From positions 64,514 through 128,513 of the IMG/VR virus record IMGVR_UViG_3300031578_000005: DNA of 64,000 nucleotides, one strand, 5' to 3'. Both the position numbers and the translations under genes were made by a program. The stretch is from a virus. Below, one piece after another: positions 9,712 through 19,384 of the stretch; the stretch's first letter is position 1; each line of letters opens with the position of its first letter. The notes below the pieces were generated by a model. The model did no database searches. It had not been told where the DNA came from and saw only the letters and a list, made by a program, of their open reading frames with translations.

Positions 9712-10941
9712 ATGCAATTAGTTGAACAACATATTATCAATCGTAATCATATATTCTATAATGAATGTGATTCGTTATGTTTTAAAACTAAAAATCTATA
9801 TAATTCATGTTTATATGTCATACGTCAGGCATATATCAATGATAAGGTTAATTTATTATATGATTTACACTCATTAATGAAAGATACTGAACAGTATAAA
9901 GAACTACCCGCTAAAGTGTCTTCCACAGTGTTGTTAATGATTCAAAAGAATTTCAAATCTTATTTCAAATCAAATGCAGAATTTTATAAAAATTCATCTA
10001 AATTTAAAGATAGACCTAAATTACCCAATTATTTGGATAAAATAAATGGTAGATATTTTGCTTCATATACAAATCAAGCCATATCAAAAAAAGTGTTTAA
10101 TAAATCACATAAAATATTATTATCTAAAACCAACATCGAGTTAACAACCAAAATAGTTGATTTTAATATCATCGATTGTGTTAGAATTGTACCGAGATTA
10201 GACCACTATGTTATTGAAATAGTATATACCATTCCAGATAAACCTAAATTACCTAACAATAATAAATATTTATCTATTGATTTTGGTGTTAATAATTTAG
10301 CAACAATAACGTCAAATGTTAAAGATGTTAAACCTATTATTATTAATGGTAGACCATTAAAATCAATTAATCAATATTATAACAAAAAACTGGCACACTA
10401 TAAATCTAAATTAGAATTGATTAATAAAAAGAAACATAGCAATAGGACAAGGAAATTGACTAACAAAAGAAAAAATAAAGTTGATTATTATTTACATAAA
10501 GCAAGTAAGACAATTGTTAGTTTAACAAAAAACAATAATATTAACACCATAATAATAGGTAAGAACGATAATTGGAAACAAGGTATCAACATGACAAAGG
10601 CTAATAATCAAAACTTTGTTAATATACCACATAGTAGATTTATAGATATGATTATTTATAAATGCGAAATAGAAGGAATCAATGTTATACTACAAGAAGA
10701 AAGTTACACAAGTAAAGCATCTTTTTTAAACTTAGATAATATACCTATTTATGGTGATAATCAAAAAAAGCATTTCAGTGGTTATCGTTATAACAGGGGT
10801 TTATATAAAATAAGAGGAAGAAAAGAATTTATTAATGCAGATGTGAATGGTAGTTATAACATATTAAGAAAAGCAATCCCAAAAGCATTTGCTGATGGGA
10901 TAGAGGGTATAGGAGTATATCCAATTAAACTTATGATTTAA
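9712..10941 (+). mobile_element. tnpB: IS200/IS605-family TnpB (RNA-guided nuclease); no tnpA seen (IS1341-like)
   Basis: RuvC motifs SIDFGVNNLA, QEESYTSK and INADVNGSYNI; OrfB-like N-terminus. Confidence 0.85.
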
Positions 10942-11017
10942 TGAAAAAATAATATTTTATATTATTTTAAACTCTGAGGGAGTCCTTTAAAGATATAAAT
11001 AACCTGTCCCTCTCCAT

Positions 11018-11090
11018 GCAGCATTGGTGTTTAACGATAGCATATGACTCTTCCAAAGTCGAGGTTTCGGTTTGAATCCGAAATGCTGCT
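11018..11090 (+). tRNA. tRNA-Gly(TCC)
   Basis: gcagcat/atgctgc, gact-ctTCCaa-agtc, U73. Confidence 0.8.
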
Positions 11091-11103
11091 CTCTTATTGA
11101 TAT

Positions 11104-11177
11104 TGTGGTGTAGCATGATTGGTTTATGCATCTGTCTTATACACAGGAGATTAAGGGTTCAAGTCCCTTCACCACAA
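11104..11177 (+). tRNA. tRNA-Ile(TAT)
   Basis: tgtggtg/caccaca, ctgt-ctTATac-acag, aaggg-ttcaagt-ccctt. Confidence 0.7.
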
Positions 11178-11278
11178 CAAAAAGGTTGGAAATACGAAAA
11201 TCAAAGCAGTAACTTTGAGAAGTAAATATTATACCTTCTATGAAAAATGAATTTTACTGATGAAATTTAGTAGTAGTT

Positions 11279-11350
11279 GTTTTATTAGCATAGCGGATAG
11301 TGCGTCTTGCGTTGAGCGAGAAGAGCTTGGTTCGAATCCAAGATAAGATC
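11279..11350 (+). tRNA. tRNA-Gln(TTG), atypical
   Basis: tcttg-cgTTGag-cgaga, cttgg-ttcgaat-ccaag; weak acceptor stem, G33. Confidence 0.5.
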
Positions 11351-11418
11351 AAAATTCCTCAATGGAAAGTAGATTTGTTTGTTACGATATTATAACTATC
11401 TTTACAAAAAAAATGATT

Positions 11419-12313
11419 ATGAAAAGAATTATGTTTTTAACATTTATTTTATTATCAACAATAGCATTTTCGGCAACATATTCTTCAATCACCTCTGGTG
11501 ATTGGAATATTGTTGGAACATGGAATAATAGCATACCAGTTGATGCAAATAATAACATTGTAACAATTAGCGCAGGACATACTGTAACTGCAACTAATTT
11601 AATTTTTAATAACAGATTTACAATTAATATTGAATCTAGTGCTACATTAATAATTTATGCAAATCCTGTTGATGGAGATGCAATAACAGTTAAAAATAAT
11701 TTAACATTAAATATTGCTGATGGTGGATTAATAATTATTAGCGGTAATTTCAAAGTTAACTGTTGATGGAACATTAACAATTGATGGAGATTTATCTGCG
11801 GGAAATGGTTCGGTATTATTAGGAACTGGAAACGTTACTGTTACAGGAACTGTAACCGGGCCATCAGGATTTGTAACTGATTCACAATTGCCTGTTGAAT
11901 TATTATATTTTAACGCATATTATCAAGATGATGCTGTCGTAATTAATTGGGCAACAGCAAGTGAAACTAATAACGATTATTTTGCTATTGAATATTCAGC
12001 TAATGCTCAAAATTGGTATTTTCTAACAAAAATAAATGGTGCTGGTAATTCTAAAATCAAAATTGATTATACCTATAAGTATAATGCCAATAATGATAAT
12101 TATTACAGGCTTACACAGGTTGATTATAACGGCAAATCAGAAATCTTTACATCTGATATTGTGTATGTTAGCACGCATTATCTAAACAAAAACATTAACT
12201 ATGATATCTATGATATTAATGGTAGATATTTAGGAAATAAAGCAATTAAAAATTTACAGCATGGTATATTTTTAATTAAAAACGACAATGAATTTAAGAA
12301 AATAATTCATTAA
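11419..12313 (+). pseudogene. Frameshifted secreted protein with T9SS-cargo-like C-terminus
   Basis: Signal peptide MKRIMFLTFILLSTIAFSA and SITSGDWN..TW. Frame changes near 11750 and then runs open into LPVELLYF..W.TASETNNDYF..YYRLTQVDYNG..IYDINGR. Confidence 0.7.
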
Positions 12314-12320
12314 TTGTAAT

Positions 12321-12405
12321 GCCGATGTCGCATAGTTGGTCAATTGCGCCACACTTGTAATGTGGAATCGTAAGAATGTCGTGGGTTCGAATCCTACCAT
12401 CGGCT
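12321..12405 (+). tRNA. tRNA-Thr(TGT), enlarged variable region
   Basis: gccgatg/catcggc, ccaca-ctTGTaa-tgtgg. Confidence 0.8.
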
Positions 12406-12434
12406 CTCACTTTAACATAATAAATAACTGAAAT

Positions 12435-12836
12435 ATGAGTTTACAATCAAAAATTAGGACTGACATGGTAGCTGCCATGAAATCCAGAGATACTGAAACA
12501 TTGTCATTATTAAGAGTTGCTGCTGGAGAATTTGGAAGGAAAATGAATAACGGCATTGAGCTTCCTGATAACCAAGTAATTGCAATTCTTAGAAAGATGT
12601 GTGAAAATGCTGTTGAAATGGGAAATTTTGGTGAAGTTGAGATTCTCAATAGATACATCCCCAAAATGCTTGATAAAGACCAAACAAAGGATATTATCGT
12701 AGATATTGTCAATAAGAATGGTTTTTCTGGAATTAAGGATTTGGGTAAGATCATGAGTGAATTAAAAAAGATATCTATGGCATCACAAGTTAATGGCAAA
12801 TTAGCGAGTGATATTGCCAAACAAATTTTGCAATAG
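12435..12836 (+). CDS. GatB/YqeY domain protein
   Basis: MSLQSKIRTDMVAAMKSRD..LSLLR; EVEILNRYIPKML; KDLGKIM. Confidence 0.8.
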   Translation: MSLQSKIRTDMVAAMKSRDTETLSLLRVAAGEFGRKMNNGIELPDNQVIAILRKMCENAVEMGNFGEVEILNRYIPKMLDKDQTKDIIVDIVNKNGFSGIKDLGKIMSELKKISMASQVNGKLASDIAKQILQ

Positions 12837-12853
12837 TATTTATAAACAGGAGA

Positions 12854-13146
12854 GTAAAACCAATTCATCGCTTTAGCGTGGATGGGATGTAAGCGACAAA
12901 CGTAAGTTTAACCCTGATTTACAGTATTTTACAGAAAAATTAAAAAACTTTAAAGTGAAAGCAACTTTTTGTATATTTATACGTATTTAATAATATATGC
13001 TAAAGTCATTTAAATATTAAGAACTTTGCGTTAAGAAATAATGTATCTGGGACGGATACTAAAACTCGGAACGAACTGCCTACATTAGTAGGAGTGTTGA
13101 CTTCCGAAGTCCAACCCATCAGTTTTGCTGTGGGTGGGTAGTTCAC
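12854..13146 (+). mobile_element. Internally deleted IS605/tnpB mini-element retaining both ends
   Basis: Left-end hairpin caattcatcgctttagcgtggatggg. ATG at 12997 gives MLKSFKY (TnpB N-terminus), joined to NIKNFALRNNVSG..LVGVLTSEVQPISFAVGG* (TnpB C-terminus). Right end ccaacccatcagttttgctgtgggtgggtagttcac. Confidence 0.7.
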
Positions 13147-13182
13147 AAGTAAATAACATTATTAATTATACAAACATGAAAA

Positions 13183-13416
13183 GTGATGAGGGTCCTAAGC
13201 AGAGAAAAAACAGCAACATTGTTCTTATTTTTAGGAACATTTTTCAACCCTTTGGGTTACGATGCCCTTTTAAAATGGCTAATGGATACGACAGGGAGTT
13301 ATTGGTTTTCAATTTCTATTTTTTACCTGTTATCTCTATCATGCTTTATCTCATACTTTGCCTTGGCTAAGATAAATCCATTTAAATTAATAAAAATTAG
13401 AAAAAATAAGAAATAA
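13183..13416 (+). CDS. Small membrane protein
   Basis: Two hydrophobic segments. Confidence 0.5.
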   Translation: MMRVLSREKTATLFLFLGTFFNPLGYDALLKWLMDTTGSYWFSISIFYLLSLSCFISYFALAKINPFKLIKIRKNKK

Positions 13417-13469
13417 TTAGTAATAGTTATTTCTTATTTTTGTAATTTGTCAGTAATAAGACATTAAAA

Positions 13470-13596
13470 CCTCGTTAGGGACTAACGAGTACACGAGTGG
13501 AGTAAAAGTAAGACTTCTAGCTCTTCAGAGCAGTAAGCAAATTGCTGTGAAACTCGAACCCCAATCCATCAGCTTTGCTGTAGGTGGGTGGTTCAC
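13470..13596 (+). mobile_element. Orphan IS605/tnpB right end (omega-RNA-like remnant)
   Basis: Ends ccaatccatcagctttgctgtaggtgggtggttcac, homologous to 13111-13146. Confidence 0.6.
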
Positions 13597-13618
13597 AAAA
13601 ATTGTTATATGAGAAAAC

Positions 13619-13692
13619 GTTCGGTTAGCATAATTGAATAATGCACGGCATTTCTAACGCTGCGACTACAGGTTTGAATCCTGTACCGAACA
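13619..13692 (+). tRNA. tRNA-Arg(TCT)
   Basis: gttcggt/accgaac, loop ttTCTaa. Confidence 0.75.
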
Positions 13693-13704
13693 CAATAAAA
13701 AATA

Positions 13705-13775
13705 TATGTGTAGATCAATTGGATTAGTGCCTCACGTTCCTAAAGTGAATATTATGAATTCGAATCTCATTAGTT
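13705..13775 (+). pseudogene. Degenerate tRNA-Arg(CCT)-like remnant
   Basis: tcac-gttCCTaaa-gtga and ttcgaat loop, but acceptor stem unpaired. Confidence 0.35.
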
Positions 13776-13820
13776 AAAACATGAATATACTATTAGCGAG
13801 TCCCGTCTCCGTCACTAAAT

Positions 13821-13892
13821 GTTCCCATAGTTTAATTGGAAAAATTTGGATTTCCTAAATCTAAGACTCAGGTTCAACTCCTGATGGGAGCA
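13821..13892 (+). tRNA. tRNA-Arg(CCT)
   Basis: gttccca/tgggagc, tggat-ttCCTaa-atcta. Confidence 0.75.
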
Positions 13893-13923
13893 CAATAAAT
13901 TTTAACAATTAAAACTTAAAAAG

Positions 13924-14199
13924 ATGAATATAATTAAAATTGAAAATGTAAAACAAATAACGGGGTTTCAAAATCGACTTGAGATCAAATCTGATTATAA
14001 GTATTCTTCAGAAAATTCGATAATGGCTATCTTAAGTGATGATGATATTAATAATGATAATTGCTTAGTTAAATTAAGAGGATATGTTATCAACATATTA
14101 TTATTACCAAAAAGATATAAATATACTTTTAATGAAACTAAAACTGGTGAACTAATTGCAATACAATTAAGTAAAAATTGTGTTATTAGTTATTATTAA
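13924..14199 (+). CDS. Hypothetical protein
   Basis: 91-aa ORF between tRNAs. Confidence 0.5.
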   Translation: MNIIKIENVKQITGFQNRLEIKSDYKYSSENSIMAILSDDDINNDNCLVKLRGYVINILLLPKRYKYTFNETKTGELIAIQLSKNCVISYY

Positions 14200-14202
14200 C
14201 AT

Positions 14203-14274
14203 GTCCCCATAGTTTAATTGAAAAAATGAAAGTCTTCGAAACTTAGGATATCGGTTTGACTCCGGTTGGGGATA
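14203..14274 (+). tRNA. tRNA-Arg(TCG)
   Basis: gtcccca/tggggat, aagt-ctTCGaa-actt. Confidence 0.7.
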
Positions 14275-14332
14275 CGAAATATAAACGTCTCTATGGTGTA
14301 ATTGAATAGTACAATTTTACGAAAATAAATAT

Positions 14333-14408
14333 GTGCCTGTATCGCACTTCGCTACGAACGAAGAGAAGCGTAATTGGATACATGTGGGTTCGAGTCCCAT
14401 CGGGCATT
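14333..14408 (+). tRNA. Atypical tRNA-Arg(ACG) with D-loop-like segment placed after the anticodon arm
   Basis: gtgcctg/cgggcat acceptor, cttcg-ctACGaa-cgaag, then gtaattggatac, then gtggg-ttcgagt-cccat. Confidence 0.6.
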
Positions 14409-14480
14409 CAAAAATAATTAATGTTATTTTGTAACAATATCAGATTATTTTCGTAAAATTGTATAAATAAAAATTATATT

Positions 14481-15365
14481 ATGATATCAAGAAGAGGTGG
14501 TTTAAAAGAACTGGCAATTTTCGATAATTTCGAAATTGATCGTAAGTTGCCAAAATATGCAAAAGATGATGCATCGGGTAAAAAAAGTAATAGCAATTTT
14601 ATTAATTTTAATAATACCGGTGACTCAGAATCTGATGAAGGTGGTGTATGGCTGACAACGCAAACTACGAGTGGTAATGTTTCGATGAAACAACCATTTG
14701 GCGGTAACAGTTTTAGAAACAAATTAGTTAATTGGTTATTAAGAAAACCAAAAGTAATTGTGCCTGTTGCTAAAATTGGCGTAATTGAATTTTTCACCAA
14801 TTTATCTAAATCATATACGGAATTAACACCAATTGCTGATATTGCTACACATTATAAAAATGCGTTGCTTCAAGCAAATAATATGGGACAAACTGCATTG
14901 GTTGAAAAGCTCAAGAACCTTATTGATGTAGTGAGAGGTGAAGCACATTTAATTCAAATGAATTTAAGAAAATATGTTACAGAAAAACAAGTAATTGATT
15001 TTTATGAACTTGTTGGTGAAGATAAGAATTTAAAACTGACATGGATTAAGAATTTTGGTAGAATTATTCCAGATGAGGTTTATGAGATCAAAAAAAATGT
15101 TGATGAAAGAAATGTTTTTGATAATTACGTTATTCTTCACTATGATCCGGAAAATAATGGTGAAGCTTTAACTAAAGCAGAAATTGAAAAGAAAAAAGAC
15201 CCGATATTATTTGGTGTAATAAAAAACAGTAAAAAACTTTATTATGTTGCTGACTGGAAAGATGATTATTGCGAATTAACATTAGAAGAAATGTTTACAA
15301 AACTAGGTGATAAGGTGTTGAAGATTAATAATAAAAACGTTAAAACATTTATTGATAAAGTATGA
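14481..15365 (+). CDS. Conserved hypothetical phage protein
   Basis: 294 aa with KDPILFG..LYYVADW motif; ECF-type promoter at 14430. Confidence 0.7.
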   Translation: MISRRGGLKELAIFDNFEIDRKLPKYAKDDASGKKSNSNFINFNNTGDSESDEGGVWLTTQTTSGNVSMKQPFGGNSFRNKLVNWLLRKPKVIVPVAKIGVIEFFTNLSKSYTELTPIADIATHYKNALLQANNMGQTALVEKLKNLIDVVRGEAHLIQMNLRKYVTEKQVIDFYELVGEDKNLKLTWIKNFGRIIPDEVYEIKKNVDERNVFDNYVILHYDPENNGEALTKAEIEKKKDPILFGVIKNSKKLYYVADWKDDYCELTLEEMFTKLGDKVLKINNKNVKTFIDKV

Positions 15366-15718
15366 ATACAACAGTAACTAAATTAGCAAATAATATTTCA
15401 AAGTTAACGACAGAAGAAATTGATGAATTAAATACCGTGCTTATAAATATGGGAATCGCATCAAATATTTATAAGTATTCAAATGGAATTATTAATAATT
15501 CTCAATCAACGGCATATAATGTTTATCTCACAAGTGCTGGTGATAAAAAAATACTTATGGTCAAAACGCTTAAAGAATTATTTGGTATTGGACTTAGAGA
15601 AGCTAAGGATATTATTGATAGTATACCTTGTCTTTTAGCTGAAGATGTTTCAATTGACATTGCTGAAGCATATAAAAATGATATCGAAAGTATTGGTGGT
15701 AAGATTGAAATAAAATAA
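15362..15718 (+). CDS. rplL: Ribosomal protein bL12 (L7/L12) homologue
   Basis: C-terminal VYLTSAGDKKILMVKTLKELFGIGLREAKDIID..GGKIEIK matches the L7/L12 CTD. Confidence 0.8.
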   Translation: MNTTVTKLANNISKLTTEEIDELNTVLINMGIASNIYKYSNGIINNSQSTAYNVYLTSAGDKKILMVKTLKELFGIGLREAKDIIDSIPCLLAEDVSIDIAEAYKNDIESIGGKIEIK

Positions 15719-15724
15719 TATATA

Positions 15725-16069
15725 ATGAAAAAATATTTATTTGTTGGTGAAAAACGCTCAAATACTGCAATTCGAATGAATGTGACATGGATAGATAAAA
15801 AATTAAGTGCAGGACATTTATCAAAAGCGGTTGAAAATATTGGGATTAATTGGGATGAATGTGCATTCAAAAACGTATTTGAAGACAATATCGAGGATAT
15901 TGCATCTTTTGATGGTATTATTATTGCAATGGGCAGAAAGGTTGAGAAAGAACTTAAAAAATATCAAATTAAACATGAATTTATATTTCATCCCGCAACG
16001 CGTGGCGAAGTTAGAAACATTGAAAAATATAAACAACATGTCAAAGATAGAATAGGGCATATCGTATGA
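15725..16069 (+). CDS. Hypothetical protein (possible uracil-DNA-glycosylase-like fold)
   Basis: LFVGE, IIAMGR and HPA motifs. Confidence 0.45.
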   Translation: MKKYLFVGEKRSNTAIRMNVTWIDKKLSAGHLSKAVENIGINWDECAFKNVFEDNIEDIASFDGIIIAMGRKVEKELKKYQIKHEFIFHPATRGEVRNIEKYKQHVKDRIGHIV

Positions 16070-16088
16070 CTATTTCACACTCTAATAT

Positions 16089-16179
16089 GGAAGATTGCCA
16101 GAGCTGGTTGATTGGGACACCCCGCTAAGGTGTTGTACAACTTAGACTTGTACCGTGGGTTCGAATCCCACATCTTCCT
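16089..16179 (+). tRNA. tRNA-Ser(GCT)
   Basis: ggaagat/atcttcc, acacc-ccGCTaa-ggtgt, long variable arm. Confidence 0.85.
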
Positions 16180-16284
16180 CTTGGTTGTTTTTGTACTCTC
16201 ATTGTTTTTATGGAAAAGCACAATTATGGAAATTATGCTGAATATTTTACTAAGCATTTTAGTATTTATTACCAAACAAAATGT

Positions 16285-16458
16285 ATGTGGGAATATGATA
16301 GAGTCGTAATTAAATTCAAACAAAATGATGAATTACTTGAAAGAATTAATCATTTGGGTGCTAATGGGTGGGAAATTATAAGTTATATTGAAAATACACC
16401 AAAAAAATTTAGTGATTCTTGGGAAAGTACTATACTTATAAAAAGAAAATTAAAATAA
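16285..16458 (+). CDS. Small hypothetical protein (DUF4177-like)
   Basis: MWEY..INHLGANGWEI..LIKR; TATTTAT motif upstream. Confidence 0.5.
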   Translation: MWEYDRVVIKFKQNDELLERINHLGANGWEIISYIENTPKKFSDSWESTILIKRKLK

Positions 16459-16465
16459 AACCAGT

Positions 16466-16876
16466 ATGAAACTATTAGATGAAATTAAAGACATAATAAA
16501 CCAGTATAACTTAACTCCATTAATTTTACCCGATGGTTATAAAAATGTGTATCAATACATCAATGATAATCCCAAAGCATTGGATGAATTTAAATCAGAA
16601 ATTTCCGATTCAGAATTATATTTAAAATATAAAAAATATATTCCTAAAGGTTGGTATGGTTTTGATATTGGTCAACCAATAATATCGTCATGGTCAGTAA
16701 TTATTGATAAGATATTAGAAATTTGTGTAATAAACGATAATGATTTTGAGATTCATCAAATCAAACTAAAATTTGGCGGAATTCGATTTTATGTTCAAAG
16801 TAATGCAATTGAAGATATTTTCGAAATTGATGATTATATTGAAAATAATTTATATGATGAAGCATTAATTTATTAA
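16466..16876 (+). CDS. Hypothetical phage protein
   Basis: QIKLKFGGIRFY motif. Confidence 0.6.
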   Translation: MKLLDEIKDIINQYNLTPLILPDGYKNVYQYINDNPKALDEFKSEISDSELYLKYKKYIPKGWYGFDIGQPIISSWSVIIDKILEICVINDNDFEIHQIKLKFGGIRFYVQSNAIEDIFEIDDYIENNLYDEALIY

Positions 16877-16885
16877 CATATTACA

Positions 16886-17491
16886 ATGAATATTATATCC
16901 GAAATAATTAAAGAAGAATTTTCGAAATTATTTGAGAACGAAATCATTCCCCCAGACATCCCCAATACAATGAATTTTTGGCATGGTGGTAATCTTGACG
17001 ATTACAATGATATTATCTCACAAAAGAATGGAAGATATGAATATGGTGCGGGATTATATGCCACAACACATTATGATACAGCAAAAAAATACTCAAAAGG
17101 TAGCAGAAAGTTGTATTTAATTACAATTGAAAACGGTGTCGATATCAACAAAGCCCAATTAAATATTGAAGATGTTAAAATTTTTATTAATACGTATTTA
17201 ATTGGTGGCATGAGAAAAATAATATGGAATAGATATCAACCATACATAAAAGATGATGTAATTAATGCTGGTATTTTTAATAATGTCATTTTAAATGAAA
17301 AAGCAATCAAATCAACAAATACAAGATATTTACGAGAATTTTATGTCAATAATGGTATTGATTATGAGATAATTAATAATGCCTATGGTTGGGGGGAAAA
17401 AATGATGGTATTATATAATATGAAAAAAATTATTAATGTCATCACAATTAAACCAACAGATAAAATCACTAAATATGATTTGTTAAAATAA
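16886..17491 (+). CDS. Putative ADP-ribosyltransferase-fold protein with N-terminal IIKEE motif
   Basis: FWHGG..YGAGLYAT..A..Y..LY pattern. Confidence 0.45.
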   Translation: MNIISEIIKEEFSKLFENEIIPPDIPNTMNFWHGGNLDDYNDIISQKNGRYEYGAGLYATTHYDTAKKYSKGSRKLYLITIENGVDINKAQLNIEDVKIFINTYLIGGMRKIIWNRYQPYIKDDVINAGIFNNVILNEKAIKSTNTRYLREFYVNNGIDYEIINNAYGWGEKMMVLYNMKKIINVITIKPTDKITKYDLLK

Positions 17492-17679
17492 ATTATTGAT
17501 ATATTGAAAAACTATTAATATAGTAAAAACACATTACGAATTAGAGTGGTCTATCTCACCAGTCTCATAAGCTGGACTACCCATAAGGTAACCGTCCGGG
17601 ATTCTGGCTAAATCCAATTAACGACAAAAACGTTAATGCTATTGTTATTGCTATGTTTTTCATACTTAAATAACTTAAA

Positions 17680-17925
17680 TTAAATTATTATTTCAGCTTC
17701 ATCCTTAAATTGTAATTTGGATATGTCTGTAATAACGTTTCCCTTGCCATCAAGCGTAGCTACCTGAACATTTTTAATAGGAATATTGTCCACAACCGAA
17801 GCCGGAAATACCCAACTACTACTGACTAATTCAGGAATGGGTCTAAACACGTTTAGGATAGTCTTAAGTAAACCCCCTGAACGCTTTCCCAAATTACCTA
17901 ATTTGCCAAATTGTATAAACTGCAT
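17680..17925 (-). CDS. Hypothetical protein
   Basis: ORF in operon with 17935..18258. Confidence 0.5.
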   Translation of the reverse strand: MQFIQFGKLGNLGKRSGGLLKTILNVFRPIPELVSSSWVFPASVVDNIPIKNVQVATLDGKGNVITDISKLQFKDEAEIII

Positions 17926-17934
17926 ATTTTTATT

Positions 17935-18258
17935 CTATAGCATTGGTATTATATTTAATGTCACTGATCCAATCACAGCAATTTGATTACCGGCAGGTAA
18001 ACTTAAATATGTTTCAACATCGCCAAGTAATCTAGCACCAGTATTTGTTGTAACTACGGGGTTACCACCAATTTTTATATAACAATCATCAGTAGGTAAT
18101 AATCTAATAATTTTGCTTGTAGTGTATCCCGAAAATTGTACGGAGGTACCAGTACTGGTTAAATTATATACATTATTTGTATCCCAAGAGCCTACTTGAA
18201 ATTCCCTATTATTTCCATCATATGGAACATATGAATTAACTTCATTTTCTTTTAACAT
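17935..18258 (-). CDS. Hypothetical (possibly virion) protein
   Basis: Beta-rich ORF; TATTTAT motif upstream on minus strand. Confidence 0.55.
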   Translation of the reverse strand: MLKENEVNSYVPYDGNNREFQVGSWDTNNVYNLTSTGTSVQFSGYTTSKIIRLLPTDDCYIKIGGNPVVTTNTGARLLGDVETYLSLPAGNQIAVIGSVTLNIIPML

Positions 18259-18377
18259 TCTGTGTAAATTTTATATAATATCATATATAAATACAAACTA
18301 AATATGATTTGTTAAAATAAATTATTGATATTATTGTAACATTGATAATTTATTTACGTATAACAAATAAAAATAAA

Positions 18378-18677
18378 ATGAGAAGTACTGAACTAAAAGT
18401 TGAAATCACTGAATTATTCATGGCAAAAGCAGATTTTGACAGGCGATTTTACGGAACCGTAAAAAGGGAAATTGATGAAGATGGTAATACAATTCTTTAT
18501 GGTAAAATTTTAGTGAAAAATGATATCCATAATGGATATATATACGGCACAGCAGTGGATAATTATGAATTATCAAAAAACTTGGATAAGCTAGTTAAGA
18601 TGATTCTTGATGAAAATCTTCATGATAACAAAAGTGTTGTCATTAACGGAAAAATGTTTGAATATAATCTGAATTAA
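18378..18677 (+). CDS. Hypothetical protein
   Basis: ORF after ECF-type promoter at 18335. Confidence 0.6.
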   Translation: MRSTELKVEITELFMAKADFDRRFYGTVKREIDEDGNTILYGKILVKNDIHNGYIYGTAVDNYELSKNLDKLVKMILDENLHDNKSVVINGKMFEYNLN

Positions 18678-18702
18678 GAACAAATAGTAAACCATAGAAA
18701 TT

Positions 18703-18912
18703 ATGAATAAATCGAAAACATTTAAAGTAGCACAAGGCAATGAAATTTTACCGTGTGTTATCAGCCATAATTCTGAAATAGTGGTATGTGGTTGTGGTTG
18801 GAAAGGACATGAAACTGAGTTAAAAACAAAAAAAGTAACTATAATAGCAAACTGCCCCGAAGATATTGAAGTATGTCCCAAATGTGAAAGCGAATGGTTG
18901 ACATTCTACTAA
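18703..18912 (+). CDS. Small zinc-finger protein
   Basis: CGCGWKG...CPKC. Confidence 0.55.
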   Translation: MNKSKTFKVAQGNEILPCVISHNSEIVVCGCGWKGHETELKTKKVTIIANCPEDIEVCPKCESEWLTFY

Positions 18913-19137
18913 TTATGGTTGTTAACTGTACGCAGGTTTGATTAGTTGCATGAAAACGGCAAAAGATTAAATTGAAATACTGATGATAAGTTGAGTTTAA
19001 AACTTTTTTAGAAGCAGGAAAAAGAAATTAACTAAGTCTATTGTTATAAATTAATTGAATTAATATTATTTTTCTTGCAATTAATTAAAATTAGTATTAG
19101 TTTTACGGAAAATAATTACAATACAATAAATAACAAT

Positions 19138-19383
19138 ATGGGAGAAAATATCGAATTACAAGATGTAGAAGTAATTGAAAATTCACTAGATACCGTAGAT
19201 ACTGTGCCAGTAGAACTTTCAGAAGAAGAAAAACAATTGATTGAACGCAAACAACGTATTCAAGAAATAATCACAGCTAAAAATATTAGCAAACCCAAAA
19301 AGCATTATGGTGTTAAATATAAAAAAGAACGTCAGAAAAAAAATAAACAAACAAAAAAATCACGTAGAGCAAATCGTAAATAA
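19138..19383 (+). CDS. Hypothetical protein with basic C-terminus
   Basis: ORF. Confidence 0.5.
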   Translation: MGENIELQDVEVIENSLDTVDTVPVELSEEEKQLIERKQRIQEIITAKNISKPKKHYGVKYKKERQKKNKQTKKSRRANRK

Positions 19384-19384
19384 T

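Noticed and set aside
12407-12868. Antisense ORFs opposite real genes (also 5375, 6839, 14474, 15523, 20452, 24348, 36826, 45395, 60900)
   Set aside because: Shadow ORFs of well-supported + strand genes.
16075-16323. ORFs 16075..16323 and 16112..16309
   Set aside because: They overlap tRNA-Ser(GCT).
17537-17600. tRNA-Met(CAT)
   Set aside because: Only an anticodon-arm-like hairpin (ccagt-ctCATaa-gctgg); no T-arm or acceptor pairing found.
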